A stretch of 63,498 nt of DNA, filler included, from Guillardia theta CCMP2712 (taxonomy: Eukaryota > Protista > Cryptophyta), in NCBI RefSeq assembly GCF_000315625.1. It is 3 parts of 3 records of this genome, joined end to end, with 100 filler letters (N's around TTAATTAATTAA, not from the genome) between each part and the next. Parts side by side here need not be neighbours in the genome. Positions count along the whole stretch, not along the records: positions 1 to 26,740 come from NW_005434374.1; 2 more parts are not named here. One strand, given 5' to 3'. Positions 1 to 11,588 of this stretch are shown one piece after another (position 1 is the first letter of the stretch; each line of letters begins with the position of its first letter). A program made the position numbers and the translations under genes. The notes under the pieces are model-generated. The model saw only the letters and a list, made by a program, of their open reading frames with translations, did no database searches and was not told where the DNA came from.

Positions 1-2
1 AC

Positions 3-971
3 CTGTGTAGAGCTGCAGCGCGATCAGCTCTGCCTCCTGTAGCCCCGCCTTGATCGCCGTGTCCAGCGCCTTCAGCTCCTCCATCCCTCGGATCACCCGC
101 GTCCCGTCCGACAGCCTCCGCCTCCTCTCCGGGTCTGTCACGTTGAGCCACTCCTCCTTGGCTGTCGTCGTGATGTTGTAGTTGCTCGTTGTGAACGCTT
201 CCTCCGCGTCCTTGCCCTTGCAGTGCTCCTCCTCTATCGCCTTCATCAGCTCCGTCTGAGGTAGCCCGATCCGCTCCATCAGCCCCCCGTAGTGCTCCTC
301 GATCTTCCCGTACACGGCGGGTCGCGTACCTCCGCAAACTTGCTGTTGTGCGACGTCGCACCGTCTCCTCCCGCCCGCCCTCCTGCCTCCGCCGGCCTCC
401 TCAGCGCCTCCTCGAGCCTCCTCCCTATCGCCGTCTGCCATAGAGCCGATAGAGCGCTCTCCGTCATCCCCTGTAGCCCCGCAAGAGGACTCGCCGCGCT
501 CCCGCCGGGGATGCACTCCGCCATGACTCGGAGAATGTTGAGGTCGCCGAGGCTGCTGGCCTTGCGCTCGAGCTCCCACTCTCTTGCGACTCTGACCTCG
601 TAGTCGTCGTACGAGAGCTTGTCAGGGCCTGCGTACGGCATGAGGGCTGACGCGTCGACGCCGAGAGCCATGCGGAGGTTGTTGAGAATCGTTTTGTATT
701 CCTTTGAGCCTCGAGGGGTCTGAAAGAGCTTCTTGAGGTCCGAGCTGATATCGTCGGGGATAGTCCAGCTGGTCGTCTGCTGGGCACTAGCTGGCGGATC
801 AGCCGTGGGATTTCTGATTTGAGCGAGAGCGGAGGTGTGGGCGAGCAGCACTTCATTCTTGGCTCTCCAGGTCAAGAGCTCACGCTCAAGCTCTAGGATC
901 TCTCTCTGTACATCCTTCCCCATGCCGTACCAGACTAGCAGGAGGGGACAAGGCGCAACAGATCTCAACGC
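3..971 (-). pseudogene. Exon of ADP-ribosyltransferase-ankyrin gene, paralog 1 (frameshift near 318-330; gene continues beyond window start)
   Basis: Near-identical to 13780-14668. Same TGACAG acceptor (972-977) and the same donor after ...LQLYTG (positions 1-2). The frame breaks at KFAEVRD/AVYGK, which is either a lesion or a sequencing error. Confidence 0.6.
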
Positions 972-1019
972 CTGTCACAAGCATCATGTCATCGAGAGTT
1001 GCTCTGAGCTCTGCTCTCC

Positions 1020-1760
1020 TAATCTCTCGTTCTCTCTTCACTCTCCTGTTCCCGCTCCTCCTGTCGTTCTTCTCCCCTCCCCTCTCCTCTTCTTTCCTTT
1101 GCTCTTTCGATTCATCTCTTCTCTGCTGCTCTCTCCATTCCTCTCCTCCCTTCCTCTCTCCTTTTTTCTCTTCTCTCCTCCCCTTTCTTTTTTTCTCTTC
1201 TCTCCTCGCTTGGTTTCTCCTGTCTTCTCTGCTGTTTTCTTCCCTTCCCTTCGCTTCCTTTTTTATTCATTCCTCTCCATTCATCTCCTCTCTTCTTCTC
1301 TCCTCCCCTCCCCTCTCCTCTCCTCTCTTCTCCTCCTTTTCTTTTCTCTTCACTTCTTTTGTTTCCCTTGACTTCTCTGCTGTTCTCTTCCCTTCCTTTC
1401 CCTTCCCTCCTCTGCTCTGCTTTGCTCTCCTCCCCTCCCCTCCCCTCTTCTTCTCTCGATTTCACCAAACTCCTCTTCTCTTCGCTTCTCTTTTCTCCTT
1501 TTCTCTCCATTTCACTAAACTTCTCTCCTTTCCTCCCCTCTCTCTCCTCTCCTCGCCTCGCCTCCCCTCTCCTCTTTTATCATCTCCTCTCCTTTTTGCT
1601 CCTCTCCTCCTCTCCTGTTTATTTGACTAAACTCCTCTCCTCTCCTCTCCTCTCCTCTCCTCTCCTCTCCTCGCCTCTCCTCTCCTATTCTCTCCGCTTC
1701 TATCCTCTCCGCTTCTATCTTCTCCTCTCCTCTCCTCTCCTCCTCTTCTCTTTCTCTCTG
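1020..1760. repeat. CT-rich low-complexity tract
   Basis: Almost pure pyrimidine strand (CTCTC/CTCCT). The overlapping ORFs are S/L/P/F artefacts. Confidence 0.9.
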
Positions 1761-2940
1761 CAGCAGCTACAAGACATCTCTCACACTCTAGCGACAAGAC
1801 AAGCTTGTCGTCACCCTCCCTCAAGCTCCTTCCATCCTCTCTCCCTCTCTCCTCCCGCTCTCCCCTTCATCCTCCTGCCATGTTTCCCGCCCAACCACCC
1901 CTCTACATGGAGCCCTACCCTAGTCGTATACCACCCTCTTATTCACATGGTTTCAGCCTATCAGGTACGGGTGAGCAACACCAGCCTACCCTACCTGTTG
2001 ATGCATTTTGCACTGTCCTACCCCACCCCAGAACCTCCCGGGTTCCGTTATTCAGCGTAAGGGGTGGACGCTAAATTGGAGTAACGGTTCCGAGGCGGAC
2101 TGCTGCCGATGAAAACCGTTGAGAGGATTGACTAACTTAGTCATCTACTGCGAACATGATCTCTCAGTCAGTGACCGGAGCGCCGGAGGCTGAAGATCGG
2201 ACCGTATGACAACGTGACGGTACACGGCCCGAGCGCTGGAGGCGACAGAGTGACGGGTTGTTCAAGAGAGAGAGAGGTAGAGCCAAGACTGACTCTCCTC
2301 CTCGTCTCGGCTGACTACCGGTACTCCTGAGCTCGATCCACCCTTGAATCCAGGGGTCAGCTGGCGAGCGCCTTGGAGCACTGAGACCTGGGAGGGGTCA
2401 AGGTCAAGGGTTGTCAGCTGGACAAGCTTCATCTCCATCCATGATGACTAGACGTCACTACAGCCCGGCCAGCTTCATGACCACATCCTCTCAGCTCCTC
2501 CGCCTCATCGTCCCCTCGTAATCATTTGACTCATTTGACCAAATTGCCCACCTGACTTTTCCTTCTTGACTCAACTGAATTTAGGTTTGAAATAGACTAA
2601 AGTTAGTACCAAGAGACGTGGGGTGAACTGACCTGGCAACCAAAGAGAACGGCTACACTATGTGACTGTTCTCCTCGTTACTGAATGTTGTGAGACGCAG
2701 TAGAGTGAAACGAACTCTGATCGATCAAACATTCAAGATCCGGAGTTACACACTGTGTGAGCGAGTGCTCAGTGACCCGAGGAGCAGTAATGAGATCAGA
2801 GCCGGGGGCAGCTGAGAACCCCCTGATCAGCACACGATGACTCTTGGGACAAACGATGCTCGGCACGAACCAACTTGTCTCTTCGTCTAGGGTCGACGCG
2901 CGGCGTCAGGTGACCGATGACAGCGTCTCACGCGGGAGAG

Positions 2941-3117
2941 TGGAAGAAGGTGTTGCCAAGACAAACAAGAGTCCGAGCAAAGTGACTCTAGAGCAAGATG
3001 GAAGAAGGTGTTGCCAAGACAAACAAGAGTCCGAGCAAAGTGACTCTAGAGCAAGATGGAAGAAGGTGTTGCCAAGACAAACAAGAGTCCGAGCAAAGTG
3101 ACTCTAGAGCAAGATGG
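2941..3117. repeat. 58-bp tandem repeat x3
   Basis: TGGAAGAAGGTGTTGCCAAGACAAACAAGAGTCCGAGCAAAGTGACTCTAGAGCAAGA repeated three times. Confidence 0.95.
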
Positions 3118-4430
3118 CGTGATGGGTGCGAGGGAGAGATGCATGGGAGGAGAGAAAGGAAAGCAAGTGATCATTCAATTTATTGACTGAAAAAGAAGGA
3201 CAAACCGGAGCAAACAAAGGAGGGGGAGGATAGAACCAACAAACCGCCTCAATAAAATACTAGGAAACGAAGGAGGCAGCGAAAACCGGCATTCAGGAGG
3301 AAGAGGTTGGAGACCTTGTCTTGTCCAAGGGGAGGATGGATGAACACATCGGGGGGGTTGGAATCGCGTCCATGAGAGAGGAAAGAGAGTGACTCAGTCG
3401 TCATGCTTCTGATGGTGGTCTTTGATAGCCACGTCAGCGGTCAGCACAAGACCAGATCCATTCCTCAGCACCACCCCCTCACCCACCACAGGGCCGAAGC
3501 CACCCCTCCACCATAGTCCATACACGCCAACTCTCATTAACGGGTAACCCGGTCTCACTCGATCCCTTGCCAGAGAAGATCTCGCGAGACATCCTAGTAG
3601 CCTATGACCTGTCTACACACCCGGGTGCTATCTAGCCTAACAGTCTGACCTGACTACGGGTACTCCTGAGCTCGGTCCTCGGCGTTGAGCCAAGTAGGTT
3701 GGCGAGTGTCTGCCGGTACACTCGGAGGACTGTTTACGAAGCGGCGGCTCTTGCACACAGTCGCTCGGAGCTTGCGGAGTTGTGCGACACTGGAATGAGT
3801 TTCAAAAAGTCTCAAAGACTTTGAAATTCTCGGGTCTGATTTCAAAATCAGACTCGAGACTTCCGTGCGTCACACAACGTCGGTCCACTTGCAACAAGCT
3901 TGATTTCGATCCGTCATGACCCAGGAGTCTCAACCCTCGTATACATGCCCAACCATGTTGATCTCATGTCTGGTCAGTCATAATGTTTTCTGCAGCTTCT
4001 GTTTGTTGGTGTTTCTTCGTTTCTGCTGCAAACTCGTGCAATCCCATCAAGTCTCGTTACACACATTCGGATGACTCTTCTCTTCAATCAGGCTCTCTCT
4101 CTAGCCGCAAGTTGTTTCAAGTCAGCCCTATTACTAGTATCCCAGCCACAATCTGTTTGATCGATCTTCGGATGCACTCTAGGAAAAACAAGCCTTTCCC
4201 CAGCCAGATTGGTCGGTCGGACATCAGCTACACTGCGGACCGGACATGAAGTTGCCGGAAAACACTGGGAGCTACTAGTCGATTCCGAGTCTGACTGTTA
4301 TTTCAAGTCTCTTGATCGTCAGCTTTGAGTAGGATCAAATCAGCAACTCCCAGGAGACTGCGATCGAGGGATGTGTTGATGTCACGGAGCTACTAGTGGC
4401 TAGCCTTACACATGAGAGACTGCCGGAGCT

Positions 4431-4619
4431 ACTTGTGGATCGGTGAGCAACTTCACTTGTGCATCGGTGAGCAAGCTCACTTGTGCATCGGTGAGCAAGC
4501 TCACTTGTGCATCGGTGAGCAAGCTCACTTGTGCATCGGTGAGCAAGCTCACTTGTGCATCGGTGAGCAAGCTCACTTGTGCATCGGTGAGCAAGCTCAC
4601 TTGTGCATCGGTGAGCAAG
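4431..4619. repeat. 24-bp minisatellite, about 8 copies
   Basis: Unit ACTTGTGCATCGGTGAGCAAGCTC, with no spacers. Confidence 0.95.
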
Positions 4620-5500
4620 ATAAAACTGCACAACCTCTTCAAACGCCTTGAAACGGATGTTCCACCCTCGCGACAGCAATCTCTGGTTACAAGATCTTTA
4701 CGGTTCAAGTATCATCTTTTGGTGATCAAAAGCCGGCGGGCAAGCTTGTCTCTCCTTGTTCAAGTTCCTCTCTTATCTTCTCCTCTATCACAACTTCCTC
4801 CCCTACATCACCCCCTACTCTGACGCTCTCGCAGGACCCCCACCCCTCCTTGTCCGTACCCACCCCTCTCTTCCCCTTGTTGTCTGTCACTTCCTCCTCN
4901 NNNNNNNNNNNNNNNNNNNNNNNNNNNNNNNNNNNNNNNNNNNNNNNNNNNNNNNNNNNNNNNNNNNNNNNNNNNNNNNNNNNNNNNNNNNNNNNNNNNG
5001 AGGGAGGAGGGAACGGCAGAGGAAAGGAGCGAAGGTAAGAGCCAACCTTGCTCAAGCTTCTCTCACATGATACAAGTCTCCTCCTCCCCTCCCTCCCCTC
5101 CGCTTCTCTCCTCCTTCCGTCCTTGATCCCCTCCGCTGCCTCCTCGCCTGTAGCAGCGACGTCGTCATGCCCTCTCTCCCCGAGCTCGCATCGGATGTCG
5201 CATGGCGTCTTGCCATGCTCAGCTGGGCTGTCGGCTTGCGCCGCAGAGCAGAAGCGAGCGCTAGCCCGCATAGACAGACATGGGGGTGGAGGACAAGAAG
5301 AGCTGAGAGGTAGAGAGCAAGACGCGCTTCTATCAAGTACAATCAAGGTTGACCGCAACATTGCCCGACAAGCTGAGAAAGCTTCCGCCCTCTGCTCGAC
5401 GCTCGTCTCACCGCCAGCTCTTGCCCCTAGCAGCACGAACAAGCTCTGTCCCTTCCCCGCCATCCCCGCCTCCCCTCCAGCTCTACCTCGACCCTCCCCA

Positions 5501-8500
5501 TCACTCGGCATCGCGTCGCTCGAGCACGGACCTGAGCCGTCGGCCCGCCTCAGAAGCACGGGTGTCGGGGATGTTGGGAGGCAGGGCGGCGCCTCGGAGC
5601 CGTCGGATGCGTCGGATGTTGTACGAGTTGTCGCTAGCAAGGCTGCTCAGAGCCTCCATCGCGCTATCCTCCAACCACCCGCTGCCCTCATGCCTTTGCA
5701 TCGCCCTCACTACCGCCTCGATCGCTCCCGCCTCCCGAGCCCGCGCCTGGCTGTCTGCCATGCCCTCCGTCATGCTGCGCAAGGCCTTGCATCCGTCACA
5801 CTGTAGCCATCGGTCGTCTGCGTGCCTGGACATGGCGCTGACGACGGCCTCGATCGCTCCCGCCTCTCGAGCCCGCGCCTGGCTGTCCGCCATGCCCTCC
5901 GTCATGCTGCGCAAGGCCTTGCATCCGTCACGCGGTATCCACCAGTCGTCCGCGTGTCTGGACATGGCGCTGACGACGGCCTCGATCGCTCCCGCCTCCC
6001 GCGCCCGCGCCTTGCTGTCAGCCATGCCCGCCGTCATGCTTTGAAGTGCTTTGCATCCGTCACGCGGTATCCACCAGTCGTCCGCGTGCGTGGACATGGC
6101 GCTGACGACGGCCTCGATCGCTCCCGCCTCCCGCGCCCGCGCCTGGCTGTCAGCCATGCCCTCCGTCATGCTGCGCAAGGCCTTGCATCCGTCACACTGT
6201 AGCCATCGGTCGTCGACATGTGTGGACATGGCGCTGACGACGGCCTCGATCGCTCCCGCCTCCCGCGCCCGCGCCTGGCTGTCAGCCATGCCCTCCGTCA
6301 TGCTTTGAAGTGCTTGACATGCTGACCATTGCAAGTATCCTTCGTCCGCGTGCGTGGACATGGCGCTGACGACGGCCTCGATCGCTCCTGCCTCCCGCGC
6401 CCGCGCCTGGCTCTCTTTGATGTGACTCACTGTGTTTGTCACGGCCCTGCACGCAGTCTTCTGTACCCACCTGTCGTCCGTGTGCCTGGACATCGCCCTC
6501 ACTACCGCCTCGATCGCTCCCGCCTCCCGCGCCCGCGCCTGGCTGTCTGCCATGCCCTCTGTCATACTTTCAAGTGCTTCGCAGGAAGATCCTTGTACCC
6601 CAGCGTCTTCCGCGTGCGTGGACATGGCGCTGACGACGGCCTCGATCGCTCCCGCCTGCATGGCCGGGAGCTTGTTCTGCTCGTGGCTCTCGGCTATCGC
6701 TGTCAGCACCTCGCATAGTCCTTGCTGTATCTTCGCGTTGCTCTGGTGCCTGGTCATGGCGCTGACGACGGCCTCGATCGCTTTCGCATCTCTCGCTGTG
6801 CCCTGGTATCGGAAGTGCTGCATTGTGTACTTCAGGGCCTCACACGCAGCATGCTGTACTTCCAAGTCGTTCGCATAACTTGACATGGCGCTGACGACGA
6901 CCTCGATCGCTCCCGCCTCTCGTGCTCGCACCTGGCTCTCATCGCTGAAGCTGACAGTGTAGTCCAGGGCCCAGCACGCAGCCTGCTGTACGCCCGCGTC
7001 GTTCGCGTGCGTGGTCATGGCGCTGACGACGGCCTCGATCGCTCCCGCCTCCCGCGCCTGCGCCTGGCTCTCGTCCCTGAAGCTGACAGTGTTCTTCAGA
7101 GCCTCGCACGCAGCCTGCTGTACGCCAGCGTCGTCTGCGTGCCTGGTCATGGCGCTGACGACGGCCTCGATCGCTCCCGCCTCTCGAGCCCGCGCCTGGC
7201 TCTCTTTGATGCGACTGACGGTATGTCTCAAGGCCCAGCACGCAGCCTGCTGTACGCCAGCGTCGTCCGCGTGCATGGACATGGCGCTGACGACGGCCTC
7301 GATCGCTCCCGCCTCTCGCGCCTTGACCTTGTCAGCCTCCCCGTTCTGAGCCATGCTGACCAAGGCTTCGCACGCAGCCTGCTGTACCTCCGCGAGAGCC
7401 TCGTACGTCCTCATCTCCTGCAACACCGCCTCTATGCTGTCGTCAGCTCCCGTCCTCAGCAGCCTCCATGCCTCCCTTGCCGGCTGCTCCGTCCCGCTTC
7501 CGTCTTGTGCCCCTAGCGCTGCCGACGCCCTGACCGGCAGCGCCTTCGCTCCCGTCCTCAGCGAGCTGAGAGCGTCGCTGCCCGTGGACTCCAAGGCGGT
7601 GCAAGCTGACTCTTGCAGCTCCACGAGCTCTCCGTACTTGCGCTTCCTGACTCTCCTCGCCACCGCCTCGATCCCTCCCCCCGCTGCCTCTCCGATCCTT
7701 CTCCATGCAGCTTCTGCCATGCTGCGTATGCCTCGGCATAGCGACTGGTTGCCGGCCCCTGCCCGCCGCTGTCCAGGCGTCCTGTCTGACCATGTCCATG
7801 CAGCAGCCCCCTCACCCCCCTCCGCTCCGGCTCTTCCTACAGCTACCGCAAGCTCGGCGAACCTCGGGCGGTCCTCCTCCCTCGTCGCCCAGCAGCTCTC
7901 CAGCAGGGCCCACAACCCGTCCGGGCATCCTCCGAGGAGGTGCTCTCGAGGCAGCCTCCCACCCCCGCACACATACCCGATCACAGTCGGGTCCGTCATG
8001 GGGTAGTAGGGGGTCATGCCCGAGGTCAGGATCTCCCAGCACGTGACCCCGTAGGCCCACACGTCGCTCTTCTCCGAGCACCGGCCTCTCTGCATCGACT
8101 CTGGGGGCATGTAGCGCACCGGCAGCGCTCGCCCCGCTACCCTCCCGTCACTCCCGTCCACCAGCTCCCCTGCCCGCCCGTACCCCGCCACCTTCACCGA
8201 CGTCCTCCCCACGTCCTCCTTGTCGAAGCCCATGACCAGCACGTGCCGAGCCGCGAGGTCCCGGTGCACGACCCGCTGCTCAGCCAGGTGCTCCATGCCC
8301 TGCGCGATCTGCTCCATCATCGCCGTCTGGTGCCCTCGCGTCACCTGCCCCGCCAGCCTCCCCAGCAGAGCCTCCCTCAGCGACCCCAGCTCGGCGAGCT
8401 CGGTCAGCAGCAGGGGACAGCCGTCGCGTCGTGGCTCTGCCCCATGTAGCGTACAAGCCGAGGATGCGGCCCGAGTCTGAGCATGACCGCGGCTTGTCTG

Positions 8501-8891
8501 CCGCCGTNNNNNNNNNNNNNNNNNNNNNNNNNNNNNNNNNNNNNNNNNNNNNNNNNNNNNNNNNNNNNNNNNNNNNNNNNNNNNNNNNNNNNNNNNNNNN
8601 NNNNNNNNNNNNNNNNNNNNNNNNNNNNNNNNNNNNNNNNNNNNNNNNNNNNNNNNNNNNNNNNNNNNNNNNNNNNNNNNNNNNNNNNNNNNNNNNNNNN
8701 NNNNNNNNNNNNNNNNNNNNNNNNNNNNNNNNNNNNNNNNNNNNNNNNNNNNNAGAGACGATGGCGGCGTGTGCAGTCACAGGGTGATGCTAGGAATGTC
8801 CTGACAATCGTCTGCAGGTGACAGGGTCGGTCATGAGCGCCATGCTGATGGGGCAGATGAAGGACCGGAGCGCTCCCTGGTCCGCTGCCAT
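5501..8891 (-). CDS. U-box / tyrosine-kinase-like (pseudo)kinase / armadillo-repeat protein, copy 1 (5' part gapped or disrupted)
   Basis: MAADQGALRSFICPISMALMTDPV U-box start at 8891. HRDLAARHVLV, PVRYMPPE and KSDVWAYGV kinase motifs. Thirteen 44-aa AGAIEAVVSAM ARM repeats. Paralog of 18723-21572. Sequence flanking the N gap is frameshifted. Confidence 0.8.
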
Positions 8892-9293
8892 GGCGGGGCC
8901 GAGGAGCGAGGGGAGGGGAGGGGAGGGGATAGGGGGGTACGTGCAGCGAGGGAGCGAGGGGGTGCGAGGCCGGTCTAGCCAGGGGTAGGGGGTGGTACGA
9001 GGAGGGGAGAGGAGGGAGGAGGGGTGGTCCAAAAAAGAAAAGCTAATCCTACCAGCGGCTACGGGGGAAGTGTAAAACTAAAAAGAAGAAGAATAAGTCT
9101 TGTTGCTGCCTTTTGTGTGCGATGGTACCTTCCGGGTATGTGTTGTTGCTGCCTTCTGTGCATTTGGTACTGATGGTCTGAGGCGGGTGGCTCCGTTCTA
9201 CTAGAGAGGACCAAGGGGATCAAGGGGCTGGGCATACAGAGCTGCAGGATCTTAAGGATAGGTTGCAATCATTTCAAGATATCTGATCAAGAA

Positions 9294-9770
9294 ATGACAA
9301 CGTGGATGTCTGATGTGGAAAAAACGGCAATGAATCCTTTGATTGTGAAGTTCAACAGGATCAATCTTGAGAACTCTTGCTTGAGTGATGTCAAGGACAT
9401 CATCTTTGATAGGTACATGGAGTTATGCAAGTCAGAGATCGAGGAATTCAACAATGCCAACTTTATGTGCGAGATGTGCTGCTCTTGGACACCTTCTGAA
9501 GAGCGGAATAGATTGTCTGCCTGCAAGACCTGCACAGATAATTATTTTGTATGGAGATGCTCTACATGTGATGATGTGTTTGAGCACCTCGACGCGATGG
9601 AAACCGCAGTATGTCGCGATGGACGCTTGATAAAGGAGCGACACTGCAAGAGATGTGAAGAGGAGCTCGAGTTGTCATGCTGGGATTGTGGAATGGTATA
9701 CAAACTGTGCAATGGATATGATGAGGAATATTGCTCATATGGCTGCAAGTCTAGAAACGCATGGTTGTAG
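9294..9770 (+). CDS. Small Cys-rich protein with multiple CxxC zinc-binding motifs, copy 1
   Basis: Intronless 158-aa ORF with CEMC, CKTC, CSTC, CKRC, CWDC and YCSYGC. Intact in both duplicated copies. Confidence 0.65.
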   Translation: MTTWMSDVEKTAMNPLIVKFNRINLENSCLSDVKDIIFDRYMELCKSEIEEFNNANFMCEMCCSWTPSEERNRLSACKTCTDNYFVWRCSTCDDVFEHLDAMETAVCRDGRLIKERHCKRCEEELELSCWDCGMVYKLCNGYDEEYCSYGCKSRNAWL

Positions 9771-11588
9771 TCAACGAGAACATCAGGGGGTACATCTTAC
9801 TGACTGTGCAGCCTCATATGGTTGCTTATATGGTTGCTTATATGGTTGCATGTCTGGAGACGATTGGAGAGATTAAACAACAAGGATCCAGGGGGTATAT
9901 TTTACTAACTGTGCACCCTGAATACAAGCTTATTGTTTGATCAATGTTTGGATGTTCATTCTTACAAATCTCCAATACACTCCTCACAATCTAGCCTTCT
10001 TCTCTTGTGGCTACATTGTTCATCTTCACAATCTAGCCTTCTTCTCTTGTGGCTACATTGTTCATCTTGTGTCTCGCAGCCCATACAGTTACAACTTCCT
10101 GCATTGGCTCCTTACCCTGTTGTGCTCACATACTTCACCTGCTTCCCCTCTCCTCTCCTCTCCTCTCGTGCAAGATCTTCTTCTCTCCGGTCAGATCTGC
10201 TCCTCGCAGTCTCTTCCTTTCCTTCTTTCCGTCTCTTTCCTTCTTCCCCCTTCTCCTCCCTCCTCCATCTCTCTTTACTCGTCCTCTGCCTTGTTCGCTC
10301 CCCTTGTCATTGCACTCCACTACCTCCCTCCTGTCCATTCCTCTTCTCCGCTCTCTGCTCTCTGCTTCCCCCCGCTCTGCTCGTCTCTTCTGCTCCCTTC
10401 CTCTCTCCTCTCCTCTTCTCTTCCCTTTGCTTTTCTGATCGCCTTTCTACTCTGCTGTCTTCTCCTCTTCCAGCATGTCATGGAGAGCGCACTCTCCATG
10501 ACATGCTGGTGCTATGACATTGAGGATCGTCGGGTCAGCGCGACACTCCAGGTCAACCAACCCAAGCAGAGAGTGCGATGGATCGTGGTGATGTACTAAG
10601 ACTTAGAGCGGTGAACGACCCCAATCAGAATCATCTCCTCACTAGTATTCGTTATGTTGCTCTGACAAGACTAAAGGAGAAATGGCTCACGGGCGTCGCC
10701 TGCTTGCTCCCGTTGCAAGCTTCTTCGTTCCGAGTCCCCCTCCCGCCCTCCCCCTCCCGATCTAGACTTCCTCTCCCATTCTCCCTTGCTAGCTTCTTCG
10801 TTCCAAATGTCGGCTGCTGGATTGTGATCGTGTACCGGATNNNNNNNNNNNNNNNNNNNNNNNNNNNNNNNNNNNNNNNNNNNNNNNNNNNNNNNNNNNN
10901 NNNNNNNNNNNNNNNNNNNNNNNNNNNNNNNNNNNNNNNNGGAGAGATATCATAATCCATCAAATCCAAAATACATGTAATCTGCAATTTTGTCGGATAT
11001 CCATAAATCAGATGGCTCCCATCCAGATCGTACGTATCATTCCAAAGACACCACCATTCCATCCTCAAGCCTCCCCGTCGTCTGAGGTGCATTGCTTTCT
11101 GTCACAGGGCGCGCTGATCCGCAGAATGGTTCTGTTTCCAATCCAATCTCTACTATGATCAGCACTCTTTTACGTGTACCCGTCTGAGCCTTGTCTCCCT
11201 CGTTACCGCATTTCCTCCTCTTGCTTTCTGGTTCGACAATTGACGGGACTGTGGCAAACCATGTTCTACCTGCCCTCAAATGCAAGACCAGCCATTCAGT
11301 GTTGGAGGTTCAAATCTTTTGCGAACGCCGATACCATGCACAGGTTGACATCCAGATCCTGTGACACCAGCCCTGAAATGACGTCGAACAAGTATTTCGG
11401 GGCAAGAGGAGAGGACAAGCTCTTGNNNNNNNNNNNNNNNNNNNNNNNNNNNNNNNNNNNNNNNNNNNNNNNNNNNNNNNNNNNNNNNNNNNNNNNNNNN
11501 NNNNNNNNNNNNNNNNNNNNNNNNNCACCTCTGCTTGTATGCACAAGTCGGCCCTGCGAATGTGCCGTCCCTGCCCTGTATATCTTTG

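Noticed and set aside
835-2074. Long S/L/P/F-rich or R/E/K-rich ORFs (also 9933-10599, 15400-17172, 22800-23600, 43100-45500)
   Set aside because: Translations of CT/GA low-complexity DNA.
4726-5806. Overlapping ORFs 4726-5640, 5048-5806 and their paralogs 18152-19028
   Set aside because: GC-rich shadow frames next to the kinase-ARM gene. Their conservation is explained by recent duplication, though an extra 3' exon cannot be excluded.
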